From Oscillospiraceae bacterium (GTDB taxonomy: Bacteria > Bacillota > Clostridia > Oscillospirales > Oscillospiraceae), in the NCBI GenBank assembly GCA_051886995.1, contig JBJEYS010000173.1, positions 1,508-65,507 of the forward strand: DNA of 64,000 nucleotides, given 5' to 3'. Below the pieces are notes generated by a model, which saw only the letters and a list, made by a program, of their open reading frames with translations, was not told the origin of the DNA and did no database searches. The position numbers and the translations under genes were made by a program. Below are positions 27,901 through 37,308 of the stretch, one piece after another (position 1 is the first letter of the stretch; every line of letters begins with the position of its first letter).

Positions 27901-28842
27901 ATGGGAAAATTTATTGTAAAACGTCTTCTGGCAACGGTCCTGATCGTGATCGTGACCGCGTTTTTGATCTTCACCGTTCTGTATTTCACGCCTGCCGACC
28001 CCACCGACGCCCTGCTGGGCGCCAATGCCACCGTGGAGGATAAGGCCGCGCTGGCAGCCAAGCTGGGGATTGACCAGCCGTACCTGGTGCAGCTGGGCAA
28101 TTTTATGTACAACACCTTTATCCGGTTTGACTTCGGAAACTCCTGGACCTATGGTACGCCTGTTTTCCAGGAGCTGGCTTCCCGGATGCCCTACACCCTG
28201 ATCATCGGCGTCGCCGCCATGATCATCAACCTGGTCATCGGCCTTGCCATGGGAATCTTCGCCGGAGTTCATGCCGGGCGCTGGCAGGACTCCGTGGTCA
28301 TGGCGATCGCCATGGTCTTCATTTCAGCGCCCAATTTCTGGGTGGCCCTGCTGATGATCATCCTCTTCTCGGCCAAGCTGCAGATTTTGCCCAATTACGG
28401 CATCGACACTTGGCAGTGCTACATCATGCCTATTATCGCCAGCGCCATCACCGGCATTGCGGTCAACGCCCGCTTCGGCCGCAACAGTATCGTGGAGGTG
28501 CTGCGTGCTGACTACATCACCACCGCCCGGGCCAAGGGCCTGAAGGAGAGCGCCGTCATCTACAAGCACATGCTCCCCAACGCCCTGATGCCTACCATTA
28601 CCAACATCGGCAGAATTCTGGCGGCTGTCATCGCCGGCTCCCCGGTCATTGAGACCATCTTCTCCATTCCGGGCGTGGGCATGTACCTGCTGACGGCCAT
28701 CAACACCCGGGATTATCCCGCCGTGCGTGCCTGCGTGCTCTTCTTCGCGGTGGTGATTTCCCTGATCATGCTCTGCGTCGACCTGGCCTACGCCGCTGTT
28801 GACCCGCGGATCAAGGCCAAGTTTGCAAGTGGAAGGAGCTGA
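27901..28842 (+). CDS. ABC transporter permease (DppB/OppB type)
   Basis: Start at ATG 27901 (MGKFIVKRLLATVLIVIV); the track ORF begins at 27724. EAA-like loop ITTARAKGLKESAVIYKHMLPNAL. Confidence 0.9.
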   Translation: MGKFIVKRLLATVLIVIVTAFLIFTVLYFTPADPTDALLGANATVEDKAALAAKLGIDQPYLVQLGNFMYNTFIRFDFGNSWTYGTPVFQELASRMPYTLIIGVAAMIINLVIGLAMGIFAGVHAGRWQDSVVMAIAMVFISAPNFWVALLMIILFSAKLQILPNYGIDTWQCYIMPIIASAITGIAVNARFGRNSIVEVLRADYITTARAKGLKESAVIYKHMLPNALMPTITNIGRILAAVIAGSPVIETIFSIPGVGMYLLTAINTRDYPAVRACVLFFAVVISLIMLCVDLAYAAVDPRIKAKFASGRS

Positions 28843-28844
28843 GA

Positions 28845-29744
28845 GTGATGACGACAAAAACGACCGCGGCTTCCGCTCCGGCGAACAGCCTCAAGACGCA
28901 CCGTTCCTCCATGCTTCTGGACATCCTGAAGGGCACGGTCCGCTCCCCTGCCGCGAAGCTGGGCGCGATCCTTCTGGTTATTATGATCCTGTCGGCTGTC
29001 CTGGCTCCCATCATTGCCCCCTACGGCCCCAACGACCTGGATCTAACCGCCATGAAGCAGGCCCCCTCCGCCGCGCACTGGATGGGCACCGACGCTATGG
29101 GCCGTGACCTGTTCTCCCGCCTGCTCTACGGCGGACGCTATTCCCTGGCGCTGGGCTTCGCTGCCTCCGTGTTCTCCACTGCGGTGGCCATCGTTCTGGG
29201 CTGCCTGGCCGGCTACTTCGGCGGCTGGATCGAGACCATTATCATGCGGGCCATGGACGTGCTTTCCGCACTGCCTTCCATCCTGTTGTGCATCATCGTG
29301 TCCGTGGCGCTGGGCGACGGCTTCTTCAACACGGTGCTGGCACTGTCCATCAGTCAGGTTCCGGCCAGTGCGCGCATGATGCGCGCCCAGATCCTGTCCG
29401 AGCGCGGCGCGGAGTATCTGGAGGCCTGCGAGACCATCAACTGCTCCAAGGCCAGCATCATGTTCAAGCATCTGCTGCCCAACACCATCTCGCCCATGAT
29501 CGTCTGCCTGACCATGGGCATCGGCGACAACATCACCATGGCCGCCTCTCTGAGCTACATCGGTCTGGGTGTACAGCCGCCCACGCCCGAGTGGGGCGCG
29601 CTGCTGTCCGACGCCCGCAACTACATGATGAGCTATCCCTACATGATCATCTTCCCGGGCATCTTCATTGCGCTGACTGTTCTGGCCGCCAACCTGGTGG
29701 GCGACGGCCTGCGGGATGCCCTCGACCCGAAGCTGAGAAAGTGA
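28845..29744 (+). CDS. ABC transporter permease (DppC/OppC type)
   Basis: 299 aa. GTG 28845 or ATG 28848 behind GGAAGGAG. HWMGTDAMGRDLFSRLLYG motif typical of OppC/DppC. Confidence 0.9.
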   Translation: MMTTKTTAASAPANSLKTHRSSMLLDILKGTVRSPAAKLGAILLVIMILSAVLAPIIAPYGPNDLDLTAMKQAPSAAHWMGTDAMGRDLFSRLLYGGRYSLALGFAASVFSTAVAIVLGCLAGYFGGWIETIIMRAMDVLSALPSILLCIIVSVALGDGFFNTVLALSISQVPASARMMRAQILSERGAEYLEACETINCSKASIMFKHLLPNTISPMIVCLTMGIGDNITMAASLSYIGLGVQPPTPEWGALLSDARNYMMSYPYMIIFPGIFIALTVLAANLVGDGLRDALDPKLRK

Positions 29745-29754
29745 GGTGTATGAG

Positions 29755-30726
29755 ATGAGTAACGAAACGTTCCTGTCCGTGAAAAATCTTACCGTGGAAT
29801 ACACCTCCGGCAAAAATGTGATTCACGCCGTCAACGACGTCTCCTTCGACATGAAGCAGGGCGAGACCCTGGCTCTGGTGGGCGAGACCGGCGCGGGCAA
29901 GACCACCATCGCCAAATCCATCCTGCGGATTCTGCCCAATCCCCCCGCCAAGATCCGCAGCGGTGAGATCTGGCTGGACGGTGAGGAGCTGCTGCAAAAG
30001 CCGGAGGCCGACATGCTTCATGTGCGCGGCAAAAAGATCGCCATGATCTTCCAGGACCCCATGACAGCTCTGAACCCGGTCATTTCCGTGGGCAAACAGG
30101 TGGAAGAGGGCCTGCTGCTCCACAATGATTATTCCGCCGAAGTCGCCAGGGAAAAGGCCCGTGAGATGTTCGACCTGGTGGGGATCTCCCACAAGCGCTA
30201 TAACGACTATCCCTTTGAGTTCTCCGGCGGAATGAAGCAGCGCGTGGTCATCGCCATGGCCCTGGCCTGCAACCCCGAGCTCCTTCTGGCGGACGAGCCC
30301 ACCACGGCGCTCGATGTGACCATTCAGGCCCAGATCCTGGAGCTGATGGCAAATCTGAAGAAGCAGTACGGCACCTCCATGATCCTGATCACCCACGACC
30401 TGGGCGTTGTTGCCCAGAACTGCGACAACGTCGCCATTGTCTACGCCGGTCAGATCATTGAATACGGCTCCAAGTACGAGATCTTTGTCAACAGGAAGCA
30501 CCCGTACACAAAGGGCCTGTTCGATTCCCTTCCCAGCATCGAAGACGATGTGGACCGGCTGAAGCCGATCAACGGCTCCATGCCCGACCCGGCAAACCTG
30601 CCCGACGGCTGCGCCTTCCATCCGCGCTGCCCGTTCGCCACGGATGAGTGCTGTCACGGCAGCATCCCCCTGACGGAACTTTCGCCCGATCACAAGTGCA
30701 GATGCTGCCGTATTGGGGAGGTGTGA
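29755..30726 (+). CDS. ABC transporter ATP-binding protein (DppD/OppD type)
   Basis: ATG 29755 is preferred over the track GTG 29746. Walker A GETGAGKT, signature FSGGMKQR, Walker B LLLADEPT. The C-terminal Cys-rich oligopeptide-type extension is present. Confidence 0.9.
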   Translation: MSNETFLSVKNLTVEYTSGKNVIHAVNDVSFDMKQGETLALVGETGAGKTTIAKSILRILPNPPAKIRSGEIWLDGEELLQKPEADMLHVRGKKIAMIFQDPMTALNPVISVGKQVEEGLLLHNDYSAEVAREKAREMFDLVGISHKRYNDYPFEFSGGMKQRVVIAMALACNPELLLADEPTTALDVTIQAQILELMANLKKQYGTSMILITHDLGVVAQNCDNVAIVYAGQIIEYGSKYEIFVNRKHPYTKGLFDSLPSIEDDVDRLKPINGSMPDPANLPDGCAFHPRCPFATDECCHGSIPLTELSPDHKCRCCRIGEV

Positions 30727-30728
30727 CC

Positions 30729-31679
30729 ATGCAGCCGTTGATTGAAGTCAAAAACCTGAAAAAATATTTTAAGACCGCCGGCGGTCATGTCCACGCCGTG
30801 GACGACGTCTCGTTTACCATCAACAAGGGTGAGACGGTCGGCGTTGTCGGCGAATCCGGCTGCGGAAAGTCCACGCTGGGCCGCACCATCATCCGCCTCC
30901 TGGAGGCGACCGACGGCCAGGTGCTGATGAACGGCAAGGATGTGACCCACGTCAAGGGCAGGGAGCTGCGCGAACTGCGTGAAAAGGTCCAGATCATTTT
31001 CCAGGACCCCTATTCCTCCCTGGATCCCCGCAAGCGCATCGACAATACGATCAAGGAGCCCCTGGCCATTTCCGGCCGTTATTCAAAAAGCGAGATCCAG
31101 GCCGAAGCGAATCGCCTGATGGAGCTGGTGGGTGTGGATGAGCGTCTGCGCATGTCGTATCCCCACGAGCTGGACGGCGGCCGCCGTCAGCGTGTCGGCA
31201 TCGCCCGTGCGCTCGCCCTGAACCCCGAGTTCATCGTCTGCGACGAGCCTGTCTCCGCCCTGGACGTCTCCATTCAGGCGCAGGTCCTGAACCTTCTCAT
31301 GGACCTGCAGGATCAGACCGGCATGTCCTACATGTTCGTGACCCACGACCTGTCCGTGGTGCGCCACATCTCCGACCACATCTGCGTCATGTATCTGGGA
31401 CAGCTGGTGGAAAAGAGCCCCTCCAAGGAGCTGTTCAAAAACCCGCTGCATCCCTATACAAAGGCCCTGTTGTCGGCGATCCCCTCGCCCGACATCTTCA
31501 AGCCTGTCCAGCGTGTTGAGCTGAAGGGCGAGATCACGACGGCCATCAATCCCAAGCCCGGCTGCCGTTTCGCCCCCCGGTGCCCGTATGCGACAGAAGC
31601 CTGTCAGCAGCCCCAGCAGCTCCAGGAGGTGGCGAAGGATCACTTCGTTGCCTGCTGCCGGCTGAAGGAGATCGGCTGA
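30729..31679 (+). CDS. ABC transporter ATP-binding protein (DppF/OppF type)
   Basis: Start at ATG 30729 (MQPLIEVKNLKKYF). Walker A GESGCGKST, signature LDGGRRQR, Walker B FIVCDEPVSALD. Confidence 0.9.
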   Translation: MQPLIEVKNLKKYFKTAGGHVHAVDDVSFTINKGETVGVVGESGCGKSTLGRTIIRLLEATDGQVLMNGKDVTHVKGRELRELREKVQIIFQDPYSSLDPRKRIDNTIKEPLAISGRYSKSEIQAEANRLMELVGVDERLRMSYPHELDGGRRQRVGIARALALNPEFIVCDEPVSALDVSIQAQVLNLLMDLQDQTGMSYMFVTHDLSVVRHISDHICVMYLGQLVEKSPSKELFKNPLHPYTKALLSAIPSPDIFKPVQRVELKGEITTAINPKPGCRFAPRCPYATEACQQPQQLQEVAKDHFVACCRLKEIG

Positions 31680-31681
31680 CC

Positions 31682-31730
31682 CCATCCATAGGAACCCAAG
31701 AGCGACACCATCCATAGGAACCCAAGAGCG
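31682..31730 (+). repeat. Two tandem 23-bp perfect direct repeats (period 26 bp) in the oppF-like / PhlG-like spacer
   Basis: CCATCCATAGGAACCCAAGAGCG at 31682-31704 and 31708-31730. A third, partial AGGAACC copy forms the RBS region of the next gene. Confidence 0.9.
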
Positions 31731-31753
31731 GCAACAGAAAGGAACCTCAAACT

Positions 31754-32629
31754 ATGATCATCGAATACAGACCTGAACTGACCCCGGAGGAGCGCGCGCT
31801 TCCTCTGAGCAAATACTATGACCTTCCCCTCAATTCCCTGGGGCCCCTTTTCCAGCAGATCATGGACAATGGCCCGCTGCGCCAGGATCAGTGCCTGGAG
31901 GCCAAAGACTGGAAGAAACATCTTCAGGTGCCCGGTCAGTATGACCGCCCTGTGTTCGGTTACCGCACCATGGATGACGGCACCGGCTATCTGGCTACCT
32001 ACAGCCTGTACACCGCGGCGACCCCCAAGATGATGCAGTGGTATTTCCGCTGGATCAACATTCCCTCCAAAAGCCAGCCCAAGGGCGTGGGCAATCTGAG
32101 ATATAAGATCTGGTGCCCCCCCTGTCACATCACCCACGGTTTCGTCAACGGCAAGGATAAGTTCGGCGGTGTGTACACTGTGGAAGCCCTGGAACTGGAT
32201 AAGGAGAAGCAGAATTTCTTCTTCACCGTCCGCACCCACGTTGACCTGCGTGAGCTTGGCCTTTCCGAAGAGGAGGAGAAGAAGCTCAATGAGGCCGGTG
32301 TGTGGATCGACCCCGCCGTCGAGAATTTCTACGAGATCAACGGCAATGACTATGAGCACCTGGGCAAGCAGCTGCCCGGCTCCCACCTCTGCCTGACCAT
32401 GTCCCGTCCCTGCCCCACCGGCGGAATGGAGAAGGTCACCCTTGAGTGGATCGGCTACGGCGTCAAGGACGGAACGATCTGGCGCGACGAGAGCACCCCC
32501 GCGTATATGTTCTCCGAGGAGTGGCTCCGCATGGCCCTGACACACACCACGACCGAGGCGCAGCAGCTTGGCAAGTTCCTTCCCGAGCTCTATGCCGAAT
32601 ATGCGGATAAACCCGACGACGCCGACTGA
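31754..32629 (+). CDS. PhlG / phloretin-hydrolase-like (DAPG-hydrolase family) protein; tentative
   Basis: 291 aa, cytoplasmic. The length and the His(125/128)...His264-x3-Glu268 arrangement resemble the Zn site (His, Glu, His-x3-Glu) I recall for PhlG. No search was done. Confidence 0.4.
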   Translation: MIIEYRPELTPEERALPLSKYYDLPLNSLGPLFQQIMDNGPLRQDQCLEAKDWKKHLQVPGQYDRPVFGYRTMDDGTGYLATYSLYTAATPKMMQWYFRWINIPSKSQPKGVGNLRYKIWCPPCHITHGFVNGKDKFGGVYTVEALELDKEKQNFFFTVRTHVDLRELGLSEEEEKKLNEAGVWIDPAVENFYEINGNDYEHLGKQLPGSHLCLTMSRPCPTGGMEKVTLEWIGYGVKDGTIWRDESTPAYMFSEEWLRMALTHTTTEAQQLGKFLPELYAEYADKPDDAD

Positions 32630-32662
32630 TCCGGGCTGACCCGCCGCTGACAGGAGGCAACC

Positions 32663-33529
32663 ATGTCCGAATTCAATATCGAACTGTATTCCGTGAAGCT
32701 TTCCGGCCCCACAAATGTGACCGTCCTGACCCCCAATGTGCCCGCCGGAACCGACCCCGGCGCGTTCTACAGCGGCGGGCAGAAGTACAAGGTGCTCTGG
32801 CTGTTCCACGGCGGCCTGAACGGCGGCCGGGACTGGATCCGCAATTCCAATATCGCCCGGTACTGCATGGAGCGCAATGTGATGGCCGTGATCCCCAACG
32901 CGCCCAATACCGACTTCACCAACCATCCGGAGTTTGCCGACGGCTATTACTTCCGCGATTTCTTCTTTGAAGAACTGATGCCCATGGTCCGGAACTGGTT
33001 CCCAGCCTCCGACCGGCCGGAGGACCATTTCCTCTCCGGCTATTCCATGGGCTGCCAGACCGTGTGGGCGTACGGCGTGCTTCACCCCGAGCTGTTCGGC
33101 GGCATCATTCCGCTGTCCAGCCCTCCGCTGGACTACAGCTACCTGGAGTCCTACCGGGATCTGGATTCGGCAGCCTTCCGCAGGATGGCCGCCGAGGACC
33201 CCGTGACCTTCCACGCCGCTTACGGCCCTCCCGCGGGGCTGCATGCCAAGGAGGTCAACCTGATCGCCAAGCATCCCACCGTCGGCGATTTTCTGGACTC
33301 GCCCGAGCACACCTGCGCCCGCTTCCTGGAAGCCGCGCAGGAAGGCCGCGTTCCCCGCGTGTACCTGCCCGGCGGAAGCGGAGACCGCGCGCTCATGGCT
33401 TTCAAAGAGTACACCGACGCGCACGGCATCGACTGCATCACCTATGACATCACAGATGCCTTTGCCCACAATTTTGATTTCTGGGACGCCGCCATCCGGC
33501 GCGGTATGGATTTCTTCGGCCTGAAATAA
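32663..33529 (+). CDS. Esterase family alpha/beta hydrolase (esterase D / tributyrin-esterase-like)
   Basis: 288 aa. LWLFHGG oxyanion motif and GYSMGC nucleophile elbow. Confidence 0.75.
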   Translation: MSEFNIELYSVKLSGPTNVTVLTPNVPAGTDPGAFYSGGQKYKVLWLFHGGLNGGRDWIRNSNIARYCMERNVMAVIPNAPNTDFTNHPEFADGYYFRDFFFEELMPMVRNWFPASDRPEDHFLSGYSMGCQTVWAYGVLHPELFGGIIPLSSPPLDYSYLESYRDLDSAAFRRMAAEDPVTFHAAYGPPAGLHAKEVNLIAKHPTVGDFLDSPEHTCARFLEAAQEGRVPRVYLPGGSGDRALMAFKEYTDAHGIDCITYDITDAFAHNFDFWDAAIRRGMDFFGLK

Positions 33530-33541
33530 GCGAGGGAACCG

Positions 33542-34186
33542 ATGAGCTTACGGGAAAACCTTTTAAAAAGCTATAAAAAAGGCGGCCTTTCCGATGGCGA
33601 AGTCCGCCCGCCCAGCCGCGCATACGAGCGGTACTTTGAGGGCTATACCGAATCGGCAGAGCCTGTCCCCGACAGAAAGCGCGCAAAAGCTGTGCGCACG
33701 TACATTGCCGATTTTTATATTCAGGAACTGCCCGAAAAGAAACGCCTTTGCTTTCGCATCTTGTTTGCGGTGCTGTACGTCCTTGCGTGGCCGCCGCTGG
33801 TCATCAGCGCGGTCCAGGATATCTCGGCAAACAAAGTCTGGTATGTGACGCTTCCGCAGGCGGCGGCGGTCTTTTCCCTTGGCTGGATGGCGGTAGGGCT
33901 GTTCCACTACTGTACTGTTCCCCGGGAGATGACGGTCCGCCAGTACAGGGAGGGCGTGACCCGGTTCCACCAGGCTCTTTACCCCTCCTTCCTCTCCCTT
34001 GCGGTCCTTTCCCTTTCGTACCTGATCCACTCCATCGCGGAGCCCGACGGCCGGGCAGGGACGCTTCTGGGAGCTTTGCTCTGCTGTATCTCATTTGCTT
34101 GCATTCTGGCGGTATTTTTTGCGGAACGCGGGGTGCGCTACACAGAGCGTGGCAACCCGCTGGCAAGAGAATCGGATGAGGCATAA
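33542..34186 (+). CDS. Hypothetical membrane protein (about 4 TM segments)
   Basis: 214 aa ORF, 13 nt after the esterase gene. Hydrophobic segments; no recognisable motif. Confidence 0.55.
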   Translation: MSLRENLLKSYKKGGLSDGEVRPPSRAYERYFEGYTESAEPVPDRKRAKAVRTYIADFYIQELPEKKRLCFRILFAVLYVLAWPPLVISAVQDISANKVWYVTLPQAAAVFSLGWMAVGLFHYCTVPREMTVRQYREGVTRFHQALYPSFLSLAVLSLSYLIHSIAEPDGRAGTLLGALLCCISFACILAVFFAERGVRYTERGNPLARESDEA

Positions 34187-34187
34187 G

Positions 34188-34241
34188 AAAAAGCTCGTAC
34201 GCGCGGGATGCGTTATGGCATCCCGCGCGTACGAGCTTTTT
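34188..34241. terminator. Bidirectional intrinsic terminator (20-bp stem)
   Basis: AGCTCGTACGCGCGGGATGC-gttatg-GCATCCCGCGCGTACGAGCT, flanked by an A-run and a T-run. Confidence 0.8.
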
Positions 34242-34297
34242 GTCTGTTGTTTCCGGGGCTTTTTTCCATCAGTTCCGCCGCGAAAGCCGTGGGCAAA

Positions 34298-34663
34298 TCA
34301 CAGCGGCAGAACCTCGATCCAGTATCCGTCCGGATCGTTGACAAAATAGACGCCCATGGAGGGATTTTCAAAGCACACCGCGCCCATCTCCTGATGCTTC
34401 TTGAACGCGTCGTCAAACGCATCCGTGCGGATGGCGAGATGATACTCCAAGTCGCCCAGATTATAGGGCTCGGTCCTGTCACGCAGCCAGGTCAGCTCCA
34501 GACGAAAACCGGTTTTTTCATCACCCAGAAAGACGATCTTAAACGAGTGATCTTCGGCCTCGATCTCCGAAAGCTTGACCAGGCCAAATGCTTCACTGTA
34601 GAAGGCAATGCTTTTTTCCAGGTCGAACACATTAAAGTTGAAATGATCAAAACGGAATTTCAT
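34298..34663 (-). CDS. VOC family protein (glyoxalase I-like)
   Basis: 121 aa. MKFRFDHFNFNVFDLEKSIAFY...GYWIEVLP is typical of lactoylglutathione lyase-like proteins. Confidence 0.8.
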   Translation of the reverse strand: MKFRFDHFNFNVFDLEKSIAFYSEAFGLVKLSEIEAEDHSFKIVFLGDEKTGFRLELTWLRDRTEPYNLGDLEYHLAIRTDAFDDAFKKHQEMGAVCFENPSMGVYFVNDPDGYWIEVLPL

Positions 34664-34693
34664 GCGGCAATTTCTCTCCTTAAGACGGTTGAT

Positions 34694-35218
34694 TTACCAC
34701 GTTTCCCTGTGGATGCAGCTCTCATCGTATGTTCCTTTGCCTGAAATATCTTCTGTTTCCCCGGAATAGCCCAGAGCAATGACCGAGTGGGGAACGACCG
34801 ACTCCGGCAGGCGGAACAGCCCGGCCAGATTTTTGACCCGATCCATCTGGGGCCAGGTCCCGAGCCAGACGGAACCGATGCCCAATGCCCGTGCGGCCAG
34901 GCAAATATTCTGCCCCGCGATGGCGCCGTCCACGACCCAATATTCCTTTGCGGGCGGGAACGCTTTATTCAGGTCGCCGCAGATCAGGATCCCCGCCGCC
35001 GCCCCGCGCAGAGGAGCGGCATAGATCCCGTTGGCGTCCGCCATTTGGTTCAGGGTCTCCTTGTTTTCCACCACGATAAACTGCCAGTCCCGGGTATCCG
35101 CGCAGCTCGGCCCGCTCATGGCGGCGGCCAGAATCGTTCGCATATCTTCTTCGGAAATGCGGCGCTCCTCGTAACTGCGGATGGATCTTCTCGTGAGAAT
35201 ATTCTGAATGCTGTCCAT
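34694..35218 (-). CDS. Nitroreductase family protein
   Basis: 174 aa. ILTRRSIRSY FMN-binding N-terminal motif. Confidence 0.85.
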   Translation of the reverse strand: MDSIQNILTRRSIRSYEERRISEEDMRTILAAAMSGPSCADTRDWQFIVVENKETLNQMADANGIYAAPLRGAAAGILICGDLNKAFPPAKEYWVVDGAIAGQNICLAARALGIGSVWLGTWPQMDRVKNLAGLFRLPESVVPHSVIALGYSGETEDISGKGTYDESCIHRETW

Positions 35219-35398
35219 AATCGCGTTTCCTTTCTGCTTCCGATTTATCCGGGGCCTTAATTACCCATATTTTACTCATTCCTTCTTTTGCTTGTCAATG
35301 CCGCGAATTGCGCACACAAAGAGCCAAACCGCGCCCGGCGGGAGAGAAGAAGGCCGTGCGCACGCTGCGGGCCAAAGCTTCAAATTCATCAAATAATT

Positions 35399-35438
35399 CA
35401 AAAAACGTTCGGGAAATCCGTGATTTCCCGAACGTTTT
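35399..35438 (-). terminator. Intrinsic terminator after the SDR gene
   Basis: AACGTTCGGGAAATC-cgt-GATTTCCCGAACGTT; the minus strand continues with TTTTTT. Confidence 0.75.
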
Positions 35439-35556
35439 CCGTGCTTTGAACTGACAGGCGAATTGCAGGATCAAGGGCAGAAAATTCCTGAGTTATTCAA
35501 AATCCAAAAGGAAAGCCCAGGATGTTGCATGAATTCCTCGTGAAGTTGCCGTAGGA

Positions 35557-36303
35557 TCAGCCGACATATACGCCGCCGGTCAGGTTAAATACCTCGCCGG
35601 TCACAAAGCCCGCCTCTTCGCAAATCAGCGTTTCCGCGGCAAACGCGATGTCCGCGCCGGTGCAGCAGCGGCCCAGAGGCACCTTCCTGCACATGGCTTC
35701 CAGTTCCTCCGGCGTGGTATCCGGCTCGGGCGTATGGCCGATGTTCAGGCAGTTCACGGTGATCCCGTATTTTGCCAGCTGGCGCGCGCATCCTTTGGCA
35801 AGCGCGACCACGCCGCCCTTGGCGGTGGAATACGGGAGGACATTTTCGTCCGGATTGAAGGCGACAGGGGCGGTTTCCAAAAGAATACGGGGAGCCTTGC
35901 TCTTCTTTAAATAGGGCATGGCACTGCGGATCAGGACATAGGAGCCGGTCACATGGCCGTTGATGTAGCCCTCCCAGAAGGAAAGCTCCATGGCCTCAAT
36001 GTCGCTCTTGTCCGGCTGGGCGTGCGCGCCGTGCATGGCCATGAGAATGTCGATCCCGCCGAACCGTTCCGCCACCTGCTTCAGGCAGGCGTCGACCGCC
36101 TGGGGATCGTTGACGTCACATTCGAAGCCGATGATGTTCTCGCTGATCTTTCTTGCCTCTTCCACGGCGGCGTTTGTGGTCTTCGCAAAGTGACCGAACA
36201 GCGCCACGTTTACGCCATCCTTTAAAAGCTGCTTGACCATTTCGAATTTGGCGCCGTTGCTGCCGCCTGAGATAACCGCGGTACGTCCCTTCACTGTCTG
36301 CAT
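35557..36303 (-). CDS. SDR family oxidoreductase
   Basis: 248 aa. Degenerate glycine-rich motif (ISGGSNGAKF) near the N-terminus, YSTAK catalytic motif, overall FabG-like sequence. Confidence 0.85.
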   Translation of the reverse strand: MQTVKGRTAVISGGSNGAKFEMVKQLLKDGVNVALFGHFAKTTNAAVEEARKISENIIGFECDVNDPQAVDACLKQVAERFGGIDILMAMHGAHAQPDKSDIEAMELSFWEGYINGHVTGSYVLIRSAMPYLKKSKAPRILLETAPVAFNPDENVLPYSTAKGGVVALAKGCARQLAKYGITVNCLNIGHTPEPDTTPEELEAMCRKVPLGRCCTGADIAFAAETLICEEAGFVTGEVFNLTGGVYVG

Positions 36304-36589
36304 GGAATTGATTTCCCCCTCAAAAAATAAAAGGAATTTTGCTTCTTTTGCCCTGAAAGCAAAGCCGGAATGTTCCAGCTAGCCGGACTTTCCGGTTCCC
36401 CAGAAGGCCGGAAAAGGGCTGAAGCAAAGGATACAAGCTATTTGAAACTATTATACCATGATTTGGTATGATACATCAAGTTAAACCAATGAAGATGAAG
36501 CGGAAAAATTGAAAGCAGTGTAAATAGTTGGTTATGTCCAGAAGGGTAAAATACCCTGTAGAAGCTTGACGTGTTCGTCCAATGTCCAT

Positions 36590-36913
36590 TTGTAACATCC
36601 CAACACTATAGACGCCGTGGTTTCTACAATCATTTTTATGCCTGTCGAAGTAAAGTAAGCATTTCTTCAATTGAGATACGCAAAGGTGATAAATCAAATT
36701 ACGGATATATGTTTGCAAAGTCAAACTAGCCTTGCAAAACGAAAATGCGGCATGGGACTGGTTGCCGCTAAGCTGCGGGAAACCGCCGCCCATGTGATTG
36801 CCATGTCGGTTTTGGTGCTGAATCTCCGTAAGATTCAGTGCGCCCTTTTGCAAATTTTAGCGGTGTTGCTGGGTGCTTGGCTGCCACAAAGAAAACTGGC
36901 ATTTGTTCAGTAG
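36590..36913 (+). pseudogene. Remnant of a DDE transposase (IS5/IS1182-like C-terminus); frameshifted and truncated
   Basis: The open part 36659-36913 reads ...SLAKRKCGMGLVAAKLRETAAHVIAMSVLVLNLRKI, matching the conserved C-terminal (F)SLAKRKYGxxxIxxKLxETxxxxIxxxxLVxNL block of this transposase type as I recall it. Upstream frames are broken by stops. The surrounding approximately 36310-36950 is visibly AT-richer than its flanks. Confidence 0.55.
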
Positions 36914-36951
36914 ACATTAGTTAGTTGCGGTTAAGGGCTTCGACGATTATG

Positions 36952-37158
36952 CTACCGCACTCTGACATCACCCCACGCCGCGTCGAAGGACAGGGACACC
37001 ACCTTCTGATCCCGCTGGACGCAGTAAATGGGCAGCTGGCGGGTGGTGGCGGCGGCCCCAATGACGGCCGGGTGGTTGACGATGTAGAACATGGCGGCGG
37101 CGCAGAGCAGACAGGCGGTCAGGGTCAGGAGCCTGCGTTTGAAAAACAGTAATTTCAT
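36952..37158 (-). pseudogene. 5' fragment of a polysaccharide deacetylase (PdaA/PdaB-like) gene, truncated at the IS scar
   Basis: The 68-aa ORF has a signal/TM segment, then LPIYCVQRDQKVVSLSFDAAWGD, the start of the NodB domain. It then diverges into VRVR-stop at about 36955-36965. Confidence 0.55.
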
Positions 37159-37308
37159 ATGGATCCTCCTATTCTGATCTGCTTTATTCTATGAGGGGGA
37201 AAGCCTGTTCAGAAGGAATGGGGTGACAAGGAGCAAAAATTGTGGTACAATATGCTGCACAAAAGGAACCCCGTACCGCCGTGCGGCGGGGATGAAGAGG
37301 ACGACGTG

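Noticed and set aside
26184-28115. 643-aa minus-strand ORF (also 31640-33469, 29665-30693, 28324-28857)
   Set aside because: These lie antisense to the ABC transporter, PhlG-like and esterase genes, which have Walker, EAA and lipobox motifs.
31682-31730. Possible CRISPR array or other repeat array
   Set aside because: Only two copies are present, separated by a 3-nt gap with no spacers, and no cas genes are nearby. It is a simple tandem duplication.
36476-36853. 125-aa minus-strand ORF in the low-GC segment
   Set aside because: It is antisense to the transposase remnant, has no RBS, and its product has no recognisable motif.
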